Shown piece by piece: positions 27,384 through 44,264 of a DNA stretch of 64,000 bases; positions within the stretch are counted from its first letter, which is position 1; the number at the start of each line of letters is the position of its first letter. The notes beneath the pieces are model-generated. The model saw only the letters and a list, made by a program, of their open reading frames with translations. It was not told the DNA's origin and ran no database searches. The stretch lies in contig NC_068982.1 of NCBI RefSeq assembly GCF_001194135.2, positions 94,268,866 to 94,332,865 on the forward strand, written 5' to 3'. Source of the DNA: Octopus bimaculoides (Eukaryota). The position numbers were made by a program, and so were the translations under genes.

Positions 27384-27800
27384 CATTTACTTGTTTCAGT
27401 CATTAGACTGCAGCCATGCTGGGGCACCACCTTGAAGAATGTTTTAGTTGAATGAATTGACTCCAGTATTTATTTACTTTTTAAAGCCTGGTACCTATTC
27501 TGTCGGTTTTCTTGGCATAAACAGACCATCACCGGTTGTCAAATGGTCAGGGGGTAAACACAGACACAAAGATTCATACACACACATATATATATATATA
27601 TATGTATGTATGTGTGTGTGTGTGTATGTGTGTGTAGGACGTATTTCTTTCCGTTTCCGTCTACCAAATGCACTCACAAAGCTTTGATTGTCCCGAGGCT
27701 GTAGAAGACACTTGTCCAGGATGTCACACAGTGAGACAAAATCCGGAGCGATGTGGTTACGAATCAGACATCTTACCAAACCGTCACACCTGAGCCTATG
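27384..27800 (-). mobile_element. SINE S2 (CORE-like)
   Basis: Minus strand has a tRNA-like head, then gtgacatcctggacaagtgtcttctacagcctcggg, which resembles the CORE domain GTGACCTTGGGCAAGT..CTT..GCCTC. Homologous to 32199-32640. Confidence 0.75.
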
Positions 27801-28587
27801 TTAAAAAACTAATAAATCATACATGTACTGAGTTATAATAATTTTTACCTAGAATGGAAACAATGTCTACCCCCTGAGAGTGTCTTATTTCAAGTAACGA
27901 ATAATAATATCTTAATGTGCCAAGTGATATTGTTACTGCAGTGAAGTAAGTCTCAGTAGATTCATACTCAATGTTGCTGAAAATATTTTGGATATTTTGT
28001 TCAAAGCAAATATCACTAAGTATATATTTAAGCCACTAAGTAGATGTGTTTATATCTTAGCTTTCGAGTCTGTTTTGGTGCTATTTCATATAGTGTATGT
28101 CATTAGTTTTTCCTGAGAAAAGTATAAGCTTAATAACTCATTTGTTACCTATTCTAAGACAAATAGAGTTAAACACTAAATAATAGTTATTCAAAATAAA
28201 TATTCTATTATTTGATAATTAGTTCTCTTCGTTTCACCATCATATAAAGTAAATAGTACTTTTCCAGTTTATTAATTCAATTCCTACCTGAGTCGACAGT
28301 ATTCAATACTTGTCTCTCCTCATTTGGATTCCGTCTCTATACAGAGTAAATGACAACGATATGATACTTAGTTTATTTATTCAACCTTAATATAAAGGTA
28401 TTCAAACATGGCTGCAAATCGTTAACTTACCCTATTAGATTCTGACCCATCATAGAATTATACCTTTTCTTTGTGTCTGTTTTACTAATTTTGTTTTCTA
28501 GCCATTATTTCATTCATCACCTGGGATTAAAGCATAACTAAGATAAATAACATTTGCATTATTGATAAAGCGTTAGTAGCCAATGAC

Positions 28588-28704
28588 CTGCTTCCTTCAA
28601 TAAATTTTTATGTGTCATCACGTTCTTTAGAAGGACATCTTGAAAAAGGTTATCGAGGAGTGTTGAGAATACTTTAGATTTCCTGATGTTGTTTTTTCTT
28701 GTGT
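28588..28704 (-). CDS. Candidate 117-bp internal exon of the host gene
   Basis: Acceptor ttcctacacAG and weak donor CAG|GTCATT. Open phase 1-1 frame TRKNNIRKSKVFSTLLDNLFQDVLLKNVMTHKNLLKEA. Phase-compatible with the exons at 34200 and 8724. Confidence 0.4.
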
Positions 28705-30357
28705 CTGTGTAGGAATATATTATATCACGGTTTCCCCAAGTGGAAATAAGTAAAAATCAGTGGTAACTAAAAAGACAAAAAGGAAAAAAAAAGGTCGACA
28801 GTGGACTTTATTTTAACATACTACCTATATCCAACTGAAGTGATTCATTAAGACAAAATACCGGTAATGTACTGCACCCCGATTAAAGCACATTACTGGT
28901 ATTTAGTTACACTCCGTTAACCCCGGGAAGGGGCCAATGTGATATGCCATGACACTGTAAAGCACTGATGAGAAGACATCAATACTAATATGATTATCAG
29001 AAACACCATGCTTAATCTGACAGACTTTTGTTTTATATGTCTGTCAGATCATGAGACCACGTGTTATACACTTAATGGCAAATTAACGGTACTGCTTATT
29101 GCCTTCTAATAGTTAGTGAAACCCTTTGATCTCAGCATACAAGCAGTCTAATAAAAGCGTGATCAACTATATAATGATCCGACTGAATTTTACTTCATGT
29201 TATACGTTTGCATATTTATAGCCATAGAAATTATGTATCAAAAGTCAGCAGCACTGACAACAAAATGTGAAATGTTTATATTTCAGCTACTTGAGGGGAA
29301 TCTTCCCGACTAAACTAACTCCATACAATGAAATATCGATTTTCTTTTACTTGCCTTAAGCCTGTCGTGGTGTTCGGGTAACTGAACCAATTCCATTATT
29401 TTTTTCGTTCTTTTGAAATAAATAATATCGTTCATCGACCCCTGAATGATGAAAGCAGACATCCAGGAGAGATTTGAACAAAGAACGCAAATAGATTAGT
29501 ACTGTTAATTTTGCTTTCATTCAGTTCGTCTACCATTTCTGCCGTCTAATCAATATTAGAATAACAACTAATTCGAAGACACATATATGAAGTTAATAGA
29601 AAAAAAAAATCATTAACAATATCATATAACTTGGTATTTTCCGTTAACCATTAAAAACAAAAACAAAGAAATAATATTTTTCTCATTTGTGTTGGAAGAA
29701 TAACAAGAAATTATCTAAATGACCGATAACAATTCTAAATTGTGCCCTCAATGCGCAAGAAAAACTAAACTATCCAACACCTACGGCTTATCATAACAGT
29801 CTTTTGTCAATGATTCAATATTATATGAGAAGTAGACATACTTAGCCAAAGGGTATATCGTGAATATACACAATAAAATGTTTAAATAAATACAATGAGA
29901 AGAAATACAAATCACTATGCATTCAAGTTTTCAAGCAAACCGTAGCTGCTGATTACCATTAAAACTTTAGTGAAATGATTAGAGAGGCACGCCTAGTCGC
30001 ATTCCATGAAAAAATACATAATGCGCGTCACGGTTTTCATTAGATTAAAATCGATAAGTAGTTTACTTCATGGTGATTTCATGAACTGTTTGGTGATATC
30101 AGTAGCGAAATTTTCGGGACAAAGTGAATGAAACTATAAGTAAAATACTCAAATTCAGCTAGAATATATAATATACATATGATATCTTCTATCATATTGT
30201 TTATATTGCTGTACATGTTTACAAAACGTAACTGAAATTGACCGCTCTGAATTCTATAGAAAATCTACAGATAATGTGAAAATGGAATTGAAGTACTGTT
30301 AGCATACAGTGGGATAACATCGACTTAATAAACCTAATAAATACATACATACGTATG

Positions 30358-30484
<127 letters not shown>

Positions 30485-30745
30485 ATGTATGTATGTATGT
30501 ATGTATGTATGTATGCATGTATGTATGTATCTATCTATCTATCTAAGATTCGGAAAGCTCATTTATTCGGTATGTAAAATGTGATTGATAATGTAAACCA
30601 GATACGAAAAAGTGTAATTCGCCTCTGTATGGAAATGCTGTGTCCTATTTTTTGATATTATCATTATTCATTCATTCTTGAAACGCAAGCTGGAAAATAT
30701 TTAGAAGAATGGAATGAAAAATGCGCAGTAGCCTCTAGCATTCTA

Positions 30746-32069
30746 TCAGGTTGAGTAAAAAGTAAGCAACGCTTTGGACCATGAAAAATTTGTAGGGGGT
30801 TTTTGCAGAGTTCTGAATTTTAAAATAATATTTTCGCAATTGTCTGATAATACAAACATAAACGTGCTCAAATGCATCAATAAGTTATCGATATTTTTTT
30901 CACTGCTGTTACAGTCATCTGAAATGGAATGTCAAAGTGCAGTATTCGAGCAACTTTGTTATTCAACTTCAAAAAAGGACGTAAAGCAGCTGAAACTGGT
31001 CGCGATATCAACGAAAGATTTAATGAGGAAATGACCAATGGGTGATCAGCTCGAAAATGGTTTAAATGATTTCGCAATGGAGACCTGAGTCTTGAAGATC
31101 GTGAGCGTAGCGGACGCCCATCTGTCATCGATGACGGTGAATTAAAGGCCGTCATTGAGAAAGATCCACATAAAACCACTCGAGAACTGGGAAAAGAACT
31201 TCAAATTAGCCTGAAATCTGCCTGCAACCAGTTGCATGCGATCGGAAAATCAAAAAGAGTGGAATGAAAAATGTGCAATCGCCCTCTAGCATTCTGTCAG
31301 GTTGAGTGGAAAGTAAGCAACGATTTGGACTACGAAGAATATTTTTTAAACATTTTTTTGAAATTGTCTGATAATGCAAATGGGTACCACACAATTTGAA
31401 TGAAAATTAGAAAATTCGCAAATATTAAATTTGCGCGTCGTTTCTTCTCCATAATCAGACCGATCCATTTCTCGATCGTATTGTAACCTGCGATGAAAAG
31501 TGGATTCTGTACAATAATAAATTCGCAGTGGTTGGACCAAAATGAAGCACCAAAAATCTTCCCTAATCCCGAGCTCTTCAAAAAGAAGCTTAATGGAGAC
31601 TGTTTGGTATTGTACTGCTGGAATTATCAACTATAACTTCTTAAAACCCGGAAAAGCCATTACTACAGAAAAATATTGCCATGAAATAGCCAAAATGAAT
31701 GAAAATCTGCTACTCCTCCGTCCCAGACTGGTCAACAGAAGAGAGCCAATCATTCCACGCCCCATTAGTGGGGGGAACTTGGCTACGAAGTTCTTCCCAC
31801 CCAGCTCATTCCCCAGATGTTTCTCCAACTGACGACCATTTATTCAAGCATCTTGATGGTTTCCTGCGAGTGAAGGAGTTCAAGAATCAAACCGATGCTG
31901 AAAGTTCGTTCAAAGAGTTCAACAACTCCAGAACTCCAGATCTTGATGCTACCGGAATAAACAAAATTGTAGCCCATTGGTTGATGATAACGGTACTTTG
32001 GTGACTAAAATTTCCGCATTGAGGTGAATTTCATGTTTCAAAACGTTGCTTACGTTTTACTCAACCTGA
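30746..32069 (+). mobile_element. Mariner-like DNA transposon with both TIRs; transposase pseudogene
   Basis: TIR tcaggttgagtaaaaagtaagcaacgctttg at 30746-30776 matches its reverse complement ending at 32069 (2 mismatches). TA flanks at 30744-30745 and 32070-32071. Motifs WVPHNL, FLDRIVTCDEKW and SPDVSPTDDHLFKHL are present; the HDNA region is deleted. Confidence 0.92.
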
Positions 32070-32198
32070 TATAATTTCAAAATTACATGGAATTTATGAT
32101 TGGAATTAGCAGAAACCTATAATTAGTCTTATGGTTGTCACCAGTTTATCGATAAAGTTGGTTTATTTCCGAATCTAGACTTTATAATTATTTTCTAA

Positions 32199-32438
32199 CA
32201 TTTACTTGTTTCAGTCATTACGCTGTGGTTATACTGGGGAACCGCCTTAAGAAATTTTTGTCGAACGATTCGAGCACAAAACTTATTTTCCTTTTTAAGC
32301 CTGGGGCTTATTCTACCGTGTCAATTGCCGAACCACTAGGTTACAGGGATGTAAACAAACCAACACCGGTTGTCAAGCAGTGGGTGGGACAAATAAACAG
32401 AAAGACGCACACACGTTGATACACACACGCTCACACAA

Positions 32439-32483
<45 letters not shown>

Positions 32484-32640
32484 ACGGGCTACTTAGTTTC
32501 CATCTACAAAATTCACTCACAAGTGTATCCTTCTATCGAACGTAAAAGACACATACAAATTCAGTCACAAGTGTGAGGTTGAACCCGGAACCATATGGCT
32601 GTGAAACAAAATTCTTACGACACAACTATGCCTGCGCCAT
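32199..32640 (-). mobile_element. SINE S2 (CORE-like); inverted tail fragment at ~32860-32960
   Basis: Homologous to 27384-27800. Contains gaggttgaacccggaacc, the reverse complement of a B box. Confidence 0.8.
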
Positions 32641-33732
32641 CCATTGTAGAAAAATGATATAGAAAGTCTATTCTACCTTCCAGACCCAATATTTTGCTGG
32701 AAGAATTTCGGTTTATATAATGATTCTAATGCCTAAGGAAAAGCGTGACATACACACCTTTTATTTTCCATTCTAAAATCTCAGGTATCTGGCTGTTTAG
32801 AAGAAAATAGCAACACTGTATTAGTACTGTTATTATATCGTAGACGATAGAATTAATATTAGGCTTAAAAAATACTGAGGTCAATTTATTCGACTAAAAA
32901 TTCTTCAAGGCAATGCCCCAGTATGGCTGTAGTATAATGACTGAAACAAGTAAAAGATAAAAAATAGTTGCTGGGGGTGTATAAATTCTGTTATGCTCTT
33001 TGGAAAAATGTCTTTGGTATGTTTGGTATATCTTTGGTATGTTTCTCGTTCTTTGTTAGAATTATTTCATCATTTCCCTAATTTCCCCATAATTAAATCG
33101 ATTATATGATTCAAGACAGCACGAACCTATAATTATTTTACGATGTTCACAACTCTATTGACATCACTGGTTTGATTCCAAATTCAACCTTTAGTATTCA
33201 AACTGTCCATTATGAAAGAATTTGTCAGAGAGCTAAATCTACCGTCCAGATACAATATTTTGCAGGAAAAACTTCGATTCATATAATGCATCTAATATCT
33301 GAAAGAAGCATGAAATCCACTATGACAATTTTTATTTCTCATTACGTCATTGTCGGATGTATTCATTTAAAAACTATTTTAGGGGGAAATAAGATACCAT
33401 AATCTCAGATGTATTGCCATTATAAAGAAAAGAAAAATGAAAAACAAAAAATGTAGTTGCTGTTTGTATAGATGTGCTGTGTTATATTCGGAAAAAATAT
33501 CTTTGGTTAACTTCTGATTCTCTTTTAAAACTGCTTAACTCTTTCAAATAATCTTCATGGGACATGTAGATATGTCATATCTCGTTTCATTGTTGTTATC
33601 TACCCAAATTACTAATTCGATGTAAGAAATATTTTATTAAAAGTATTATAGCATAAAATAAATACTTGAAACAATATATGTTATTTCTTGACACTTTCCA
33701 TATTTCTTGTTAGAAGTAGCAAACTCTGTTCT

Positions 33733-33959
33733 TATTTCTTTATTGCCCACAAGGGGCTAAACATAGAGGGGGCAAACAAGGACAAACAAATGGATTAAGT
33801 CGATTACGTCGACCCCAGTGCGTAACTGGTACTTAATTTATCGACCCCGAAAGGATGAAAGGCAAAGTCGACCCCAGCGGAATTTGAACTCAGAACGTAA
33901 CGGCAGACGAAATACCACTAAGCATTTCGCCTGGCGTGCTAACGTTTCTGCCAGTTCGC
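33733..33959 (-). mobile_element. SINE S1, near-intact, type-1 tail, with 18-bp target-site duplication
   Basis: TSD agtagcaaactctgttct at 33715-33732 and 33960-33977. Minus strand has A box tggcagaaacg and B box gagttcaaattcc. Confidence 0.92.
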
Positions 33960-34199
33960 AGTAGCAAACTCTGTTCTGCCAATAGATATTTAGGCAAGAC
34001 ATTTCGAGAGAAGATCCATGATTTCGTGTGACAAAGGGATTTCACTGCTTGGTAGACAAATATACCAAGAAACAAAAGAGACAAAAACCAAATAGTTAAG
34101 GAAAAGACTATTAAAACATTGACTGAATTGATAAAACGAAAGGTGAATTTAAGCATAAAAATTTTATATTGGTTGAAAGAGAAAAAAATCTGAACTTAC

Positions 34200-34758
34200 T
34201 ATTGAACTTTCTATACTCCGAGGCAATTGTTTCGCTTTCCTCTTCCGCAATCACGCCGTCCTTCTTTTCCTGCTCTTGGTCCTGCTCCGGTTCTTCCTTG
34301 TTCTCTTCTTCCCCGTTCTTCTTGTCATCGTCCCCTACCTCATCTTCATTTTCCTTTATGTAATTATGTAATGCAGTATCATTAACAACTTTTTGAGCTT
34401 CTTTCTGTCCTTCACTATTATCCTTCAATGCAGTCGATACAGTCTTTCTGTGCGGCGATCGTGGTGAGCCGTTATTTTTACATTTGATTTTGTTGACCCC
34501 CAAATTTGACGCAAATATTCGATGAGATACTTTCCCATTTCGAAGTTCGACAGTATCAGCAATAGGTCTCGACTCTAATTGCTTGCATATCTGGTTCACT
34601 CGACCCAACCTTTCGGTCGGAACTCTTGGCGAACAACTATCATTTCTAGGAAGAGGTCGAGGCGGTTTTGGAATCCTATTTGTTGAGGAATGGGAATGCT
34701 CAGTAATCCTTATAGATTTTGGGGTTTCTTCGAATATGTCTTGGTCGGATGTATTCAT
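34200..34758 (-). CDS. Coding exon (possibly first coding exon) of the unidentified host gene; Pro/Arg-rich then acidic
   Basis: Open frame MNTSDQDIFEETPK...PKPPRPLPR...EEESETIASEYRKFN. ATG in aaaATG context at 34758 and phase-1 donor ATA|GTAAGT after 34200. The 5' boundary is uncertain; a possible acceptor lies at ~34803. Confidence 0.65.
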
Positions 34759-34920
34759 TTTAAAAATTATTTTGGGAGAAAATAAGTTACAATAATATTT
34801 TCTCAAAAATTCCTTTTGGTATTACTTATTTCTGATTGCACGGTTATACCTGTTTTCATCCAGGATACTGCAAATAATAACAACAGAAATAATAATAATA
34901 ATAATAACAACAACAACAAC

Positions 34921-34967
<47 letters not shown>

Positions 34968-34994
34968 TAATAATAATAATAATAATAATATTGA

Positions 34995-35205
34995 TGATGA
35001 TGATAGCTCCAATCTCCATGAACTACAAAAGATAACCTTGATGGGTACAGCCCATATACTATGGAAAACTCTTTCCATCTAAAATGGAATAAATGTGGTG
35101 ATATTTTAGCATACATAGCAAAACAAAAATACCTTTGCTACTCTTGGCCTCCGGAGGATGCCCGGTAGTAAGGCAGCTGAAATAAAGTTATAATGAAAAG
35201 AAACC
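34995..35205 (+). mobile_element. R4/Dong-like 3' fragment between (AAT)n arrays
   Basis: NLHELQKITLMGTAHILWKTLSI* plus UTR. (AAT)n at 34889-34990 and 35216-35282. Confidence 0.85.
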
Positions 35206-35214
35206 ATGATGATG

Positions 35215-37008
<1,794 letters not shown>

Positions 37009-37520
37009 TGATCCCCGTACATACTGACAAGACTATAAAAGCTAATAAACCAGATATTATAAAAGATCAGACAAAGAAGACGTGTTTATTAATTGACATG
37101 AGTATTCCCTCTGATCATAATATAGCGGCGAAAGAATTTGACAAGATCAGTAAATATAAAGACTTGCTAATAGAAATTGAAAAAATGTGGCACCTCAAGG
37201 CGACTACCATACCAGTGATTGTAGGATCTCTAGGAATGATGAAAAAAGGTACTGAAACCTATTTGAAAATGATACCAGGCTTATCATCCCTACAGGAAGT
37301 GCAAAAAATCGTGCTAACTGGAACGACTCATGTACTGAGAAGAGCATTATCGCTGTGAAAACAACATCCATTCATGAACTTTTTTTTTTTCTTAAATACA
37401 TGTTTTACCTGTGAATTTGCGTGTGTGAACTGGGAATGCATACAACGAGTTTCTCTGCCCTAGGTGTACGGAAAACACTCGGCGAGAAATGGAAGAAAAT
37501 TTGAAGAAAGAAGAAAAATA
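37009..37520 (+). mobile_element. R4/Dong-like RLE-only 3' fragment
   Basis: HTDKTIKANKPDII...LLIDMSIP...KISKYKDL...LTGTTHVLRRALSL* is still open, with the PD..D catalytic core. (AAT)n on both sides. Confidence 0.92.
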
Positions 37521-37544
37521 GTAATAATAATAATAATAATAATA

Positions 37545-37613
<69 letters not shown>

Positions 37614-37727
37614 GTCGGCTGGACGTGACAGCAGCTGGACGTATTCTTCGCAGCTCTGACCTGTCAGCAGCTGAAGACACAGAAACACTAACACAACCCA
37701 GCAGGACAACTGAGAGATAACTCTAAA

Positions 37728-38510
37728 AGTCTGGAATATCTAGTTTCATGTGAATATTTTGAAATTCCCTCAAAATACGTTAAGGAACTTACATATCTAC
37801 AGCTTTCGAACACACAAACGATCAGCTTTAAAACTTACAACGCCTGAAAATACCTATCCTTTTCTTTCCCCCTGAGTATTCGAAAATGAAAACATCATCT
37901 TTATTCCAAGAACTCTATAGTTTTCTCTGTTTGGACATACAAAAAATAAATCATCTCCAGTAAATTTTATAACCTTAATATCTATAATTTTCTGTGAAAA
38001 AATGTTACCTTCCTTTTCTTTCCGGTCTTTTTCCCCCGAAAATTCTAAAATGTAAACATCCTTTTTATTGCAAAAAAAGGCACAGTCTTTTCTGAACGGA
38101 CATACAAACGAACAACTCAAAAAATTTAGAAACTTTAATATCTCAACACGAAAACAACTTGAGGAAGTAAGCACGTACTGCATAACTACAAAAACAGTAA
38201 AACACAGCAAAACTTTTAAAGATAAAATGAAATTCCAAAGGAAAAAGAAACTCAGAAATTCAAAAATTCAACGAGGTGAACATCTCTTCCTCCTACTATT
38301 CCCAAAGACTGGAATATCTACAATTTCCTGTGAATATTTTAAATCTCCCTCCAAATAAAATAAAATAAGTGAAGAAACTTACATACCTAGAGCTTTCGAA
38401 CACACAAGCAATCAGCTTTAAAATATCACCTTTAATATCTACAACTACAACACTTATCCTTTCCTTTCTTCCTGAGTATTCGAAAATGTAAACATCCTTT
38501 TCGTTGCAAA
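37728..38510. repeat. ~170-200 bp direct repeat (37728-37897 and 38308-38510) in an unclassified segment
   Basis: Shared tggaatatcta...gtgaatattt...gaaacttacata...agctttcgaacacacaa...atcagctttaaaa...ctgagtattcgaaaatg. Confidence 0.8.
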
Positions 38511-38789
38511 AGTCCTACTGTATTNNNNNNNNNNNNNNNNNNNNNNNNNNNNNNNNNNNNNNNNNNNNNNNNNNNNNNNNNNNNNNNNNNNNNNNNNNNN
38601 NNNNNNNNNNNNNNNNNNNNNNNNNNNNNNNNNNNNNNNNNNNNNNNNNNNNNNNNNNNNNNNNNNNNNNNNNNNNNNNNNNNNNNNNNNNNNNNNNNNN
38701 NNNNNNNNNNNNNNNNNNNNNNNNNNNNNNNNNNNNNNNNNNNNNNNNNNNNNNNNNNNNNATATATATATATGTATAATTGTTTTTTC

Positions 38790-38995
38790 TACCACAGTAA
38801 TTACAAATATCTTGAGAAGTACGTGGAACAAATAGGGGCTACAATAAGGGTGGAACACTTGCAGAAAACAACACTACTTGAAACCGATCGAATACTCCGG
38901 AAGGTGCTCGAAAAATAAGAGGTGTTACCTTAGTTCACTGGTAGGAACAGCTGATACTGTAGTACATCTCCAGTGTTAGAAGCTGTACAAAGGCT
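38790..38995 (+). mobile_element. R4/Dong-like 3' end
   Basis: EKYVEQIGATIRVEHLQKTTLLETDRILRKVLEK*, with a UTR similar to 36820-36908. (AAT)n follows at ~39000-39103. Confidence 0.85.
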
Positions 38996-39012
38996 ATGAT
39001 AATAATGATAAT

Positions 39013-39071
<59 letters not shown>

Positions 39072-41104
39072 TAATAATAACAATAATAATAAGAATAATA
39101 ATAATCTATACTATAACGGAGAAAGCTGCTTATTAATTAGGTATGTAGCAATTACTAAAATCACTAAAAGAAAGCAATTATTAAAGGGCTGACAGTCTGG
39201 AAATATTTTTATAAATTCTTGTTCTAAGAAATTTCCTATAATTTCGATTTCTGAAGTTACTTGAATTTTTAAAATCTATTTTCTCGCAAATTTAAATATT
39301 CATTGCATTCACTATGCCTAATTAACAAATTTAAATATTCATTGCATTCACTTTTACTTTTATGTATCCATTCGCTATTTGGAAAACCGACAGTTTATTC
39401 TATTAATGTATTTTTCATTTTTCATTTCATCTAGTTTCGGCTCATGAGCTGTGGCCATGCTGGGGCACCGCCATGTAATTTATTATTTATTATTCTATTA
39501 ATGTACACATAATTTATTATTCATTGAATAAAAAAATTTAAAATACCCGTATAATTTTTGAACGCGGGATAATTGTAAGAAGAGCCTAGAAAGTTGGGTA
39601 ATTATTATTAGAAGACGAGGAGAAAAAAATTACCCACAAGTACTCGAAACATGCAACTTATTCACAGTCTCCCAAAACTCTGTACTACTAAGCCAATATA
39701 TACACAAACAAGTTGCATGAGCGATTTCAACAGAGACACACGCGCACATACATAGATACATATACATACAAATGAAAGGCAATGAATATGTGTGCGTGTG
39801 TGTGTGTGTGTGTGGGTTTGCTGTTCACTGACAAAACTTCGTGCTGCATTACGTTTGCGAACTTTTGTCAGTGAACAGGTCGTAGTTTCAAAACGAAGAA
39901 ACTATTATGACACTTGAAATTTTGATGTTGAAGTGAAACTGGTACTATTTAAATACAGAGCTTCCTTAACGGCACTACTTAAATACAGAGGTACTACTTG
40001 AATACAGGTGTTACGTACAAAACATTTTAAATATACGCTGCGTGGATGTGTAATGACATCCTAACTCTAACTAACTCTAAAATTAGCCCTAACCTTAACC
40101 CTAAAAACTAACCGTAAATCCAACCCTCCCCTTCATATACTTAGGTAGATAAATCGCGACCTCAGTGTGCTCTTGAATGGCTTACAAACATCTACGCTGC
40201 AATTGTTTTTGTTTCAGCACACGATCTCAGATCAAGTTACTTGCTATGCAAGTACAACTCCGTAATTTTTTAAAACATCACTGTGGATAAATGCCAGCAA
40301 TGAACTTCTCAGGTTCACCAATATTTTAATTTCTAAACAGAAACAATTGGGAGCAGGGAGTAGGGTTGCAAAAAATTTATAATTTCTCACATTTTCTTTT
40401 ATTTTTTGAACATATAAATGTATCAACGGGGGAAAATATTGAAAAACATCAATAGACGCGAGAGTGATAAAGAAACGAAGAGGGTTGTCTTTGTATATGC
40501 TAGTAATAACAGCCAAATCGCCCTTAAATCACTCACTTTTTCCTTCTGAAAATATTAACAATTAAAAAAAATTACCGAAGATGCTCTTCTTATGGTTTTG
40601 AAGTGCAAAAAAAAAAACAGCAAAAACAATTGGCCAAAATAGGTCCGGAGTAGGATGATGAGGGAAGGGGTGTAAAAAAAGAGTTTACAAAGCTTTTTAC
40701 ATACAAAGATGCCCCCCACAACCCCATCATTTCGAAGGCAGTGGTTTAAAAAAAATGAGGAAAACCCCTGGAAAAATTTTCCCCACAACCTTCTTTATAA
40801 TATTAATCTATGCCGTTTGAAAGGGATTTGTATAAATTTTCATTAAAAGATACCTATCTTCCTGAAAGTTATGAGGGAAAAATAGTCAGATCGTGTGAAT
40901 TTTCCGAAACTTCTCTCGTCACCTCATCGGAAAAATCATTTCTCNNNNNNNNNNTTATGGCTGTGATAAAATAATGAAAGCAATACTTACTAAGCAAGTG
41001 AGCACTATTATACAAGAAAATAATTAGGCGTAAAATATAAAAATTTATTAGAACTGGGAATCAAATTTGAAAATATTATCAAGGGGCGAGCAGAAAATCG
41101 CCCG

Positions 41105-41198
<94 letters not shown>

Positions 41199-41276
41199 GA
41201 AGAAGAATCATTTCTACTATAGGTACAAGGCCAGAAATTTCGAATTAGCGGGCCGAACGATTATACCGACCCCAGC

Positions 41277-43723
<2,447 letters not shown>

Positions 43724-44253
43724 TGACCTGAAGCAGTACCAGGCATTGGCTCTTATGACTTCCGATCTTAACTGATTGGAAGTGTTATCATGTATATGTT
43801 CTGATTTGATATAAAAGATGGGCTACAGCAAATATTCTGCTCATCACCACAGATTTGCCTGTCAGTTGTTTTACCTTAACCAGTTGAGCATGTCCCTTGG
43901 TGGCTGACGATATGTGCATCTCTGATCACGAGCAGAAGTAGTGGGGGAGCATCATAGCCATGTGTTGAGAGGAATTCTTTGTGGTTTGAATAATTCACCT
44001 CTGGAAACATGGTTGTTTTGTTCATCATCCATAAAACAACCTTTATTCAGGAACCTTTTAAGCGGGATGGGCTACTCGACCTGAAGAAAATTCTAACTGG
44101 GCTCCACCTGCAAGATCATCATGCCGCACACATATGGTTGTGATACGTATGCTTGGTGTACCCCTATCAGACGGGTAGCAATGATGGGCATATTAAGCTT
44201 CGTATATTTCTACCCCAGTGTCACTCTGGTGGTATGCGCTGCTCTCTTACTGG
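43724..44253 (+). repeat. ~530-bp interspersed repeat, copy B (AAT-flanked)
   Basis: Homologous to 356-898. (AAT)n on both sides. Confidence 0.85.
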
Positions 44254-44264
44254 ATAATAATAAT

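Noticed and set aside
28945-29020. TGATGA...CTGA as a C/D snoRNA, or CTGATGA...GAAAC as a hammerhead
   Set aside because: No terminal stem and no convincing rRNA guide for a snoRNA; no stem II and no NUH site for a hammerhead.
40060-40115. Interstitial telomere
   Set aside because: Only a few degenerate CCTAAC units embedded in a probable repeat; not a (TTAGGG)n array.
43900-43965. CTGACGA followed by a long hairpin in the 530-bp repeat (possible hammerhead)
   Set aside because: There is no GAAA/stem III after the hairpin, and copy A has CTGATGG at the same position.
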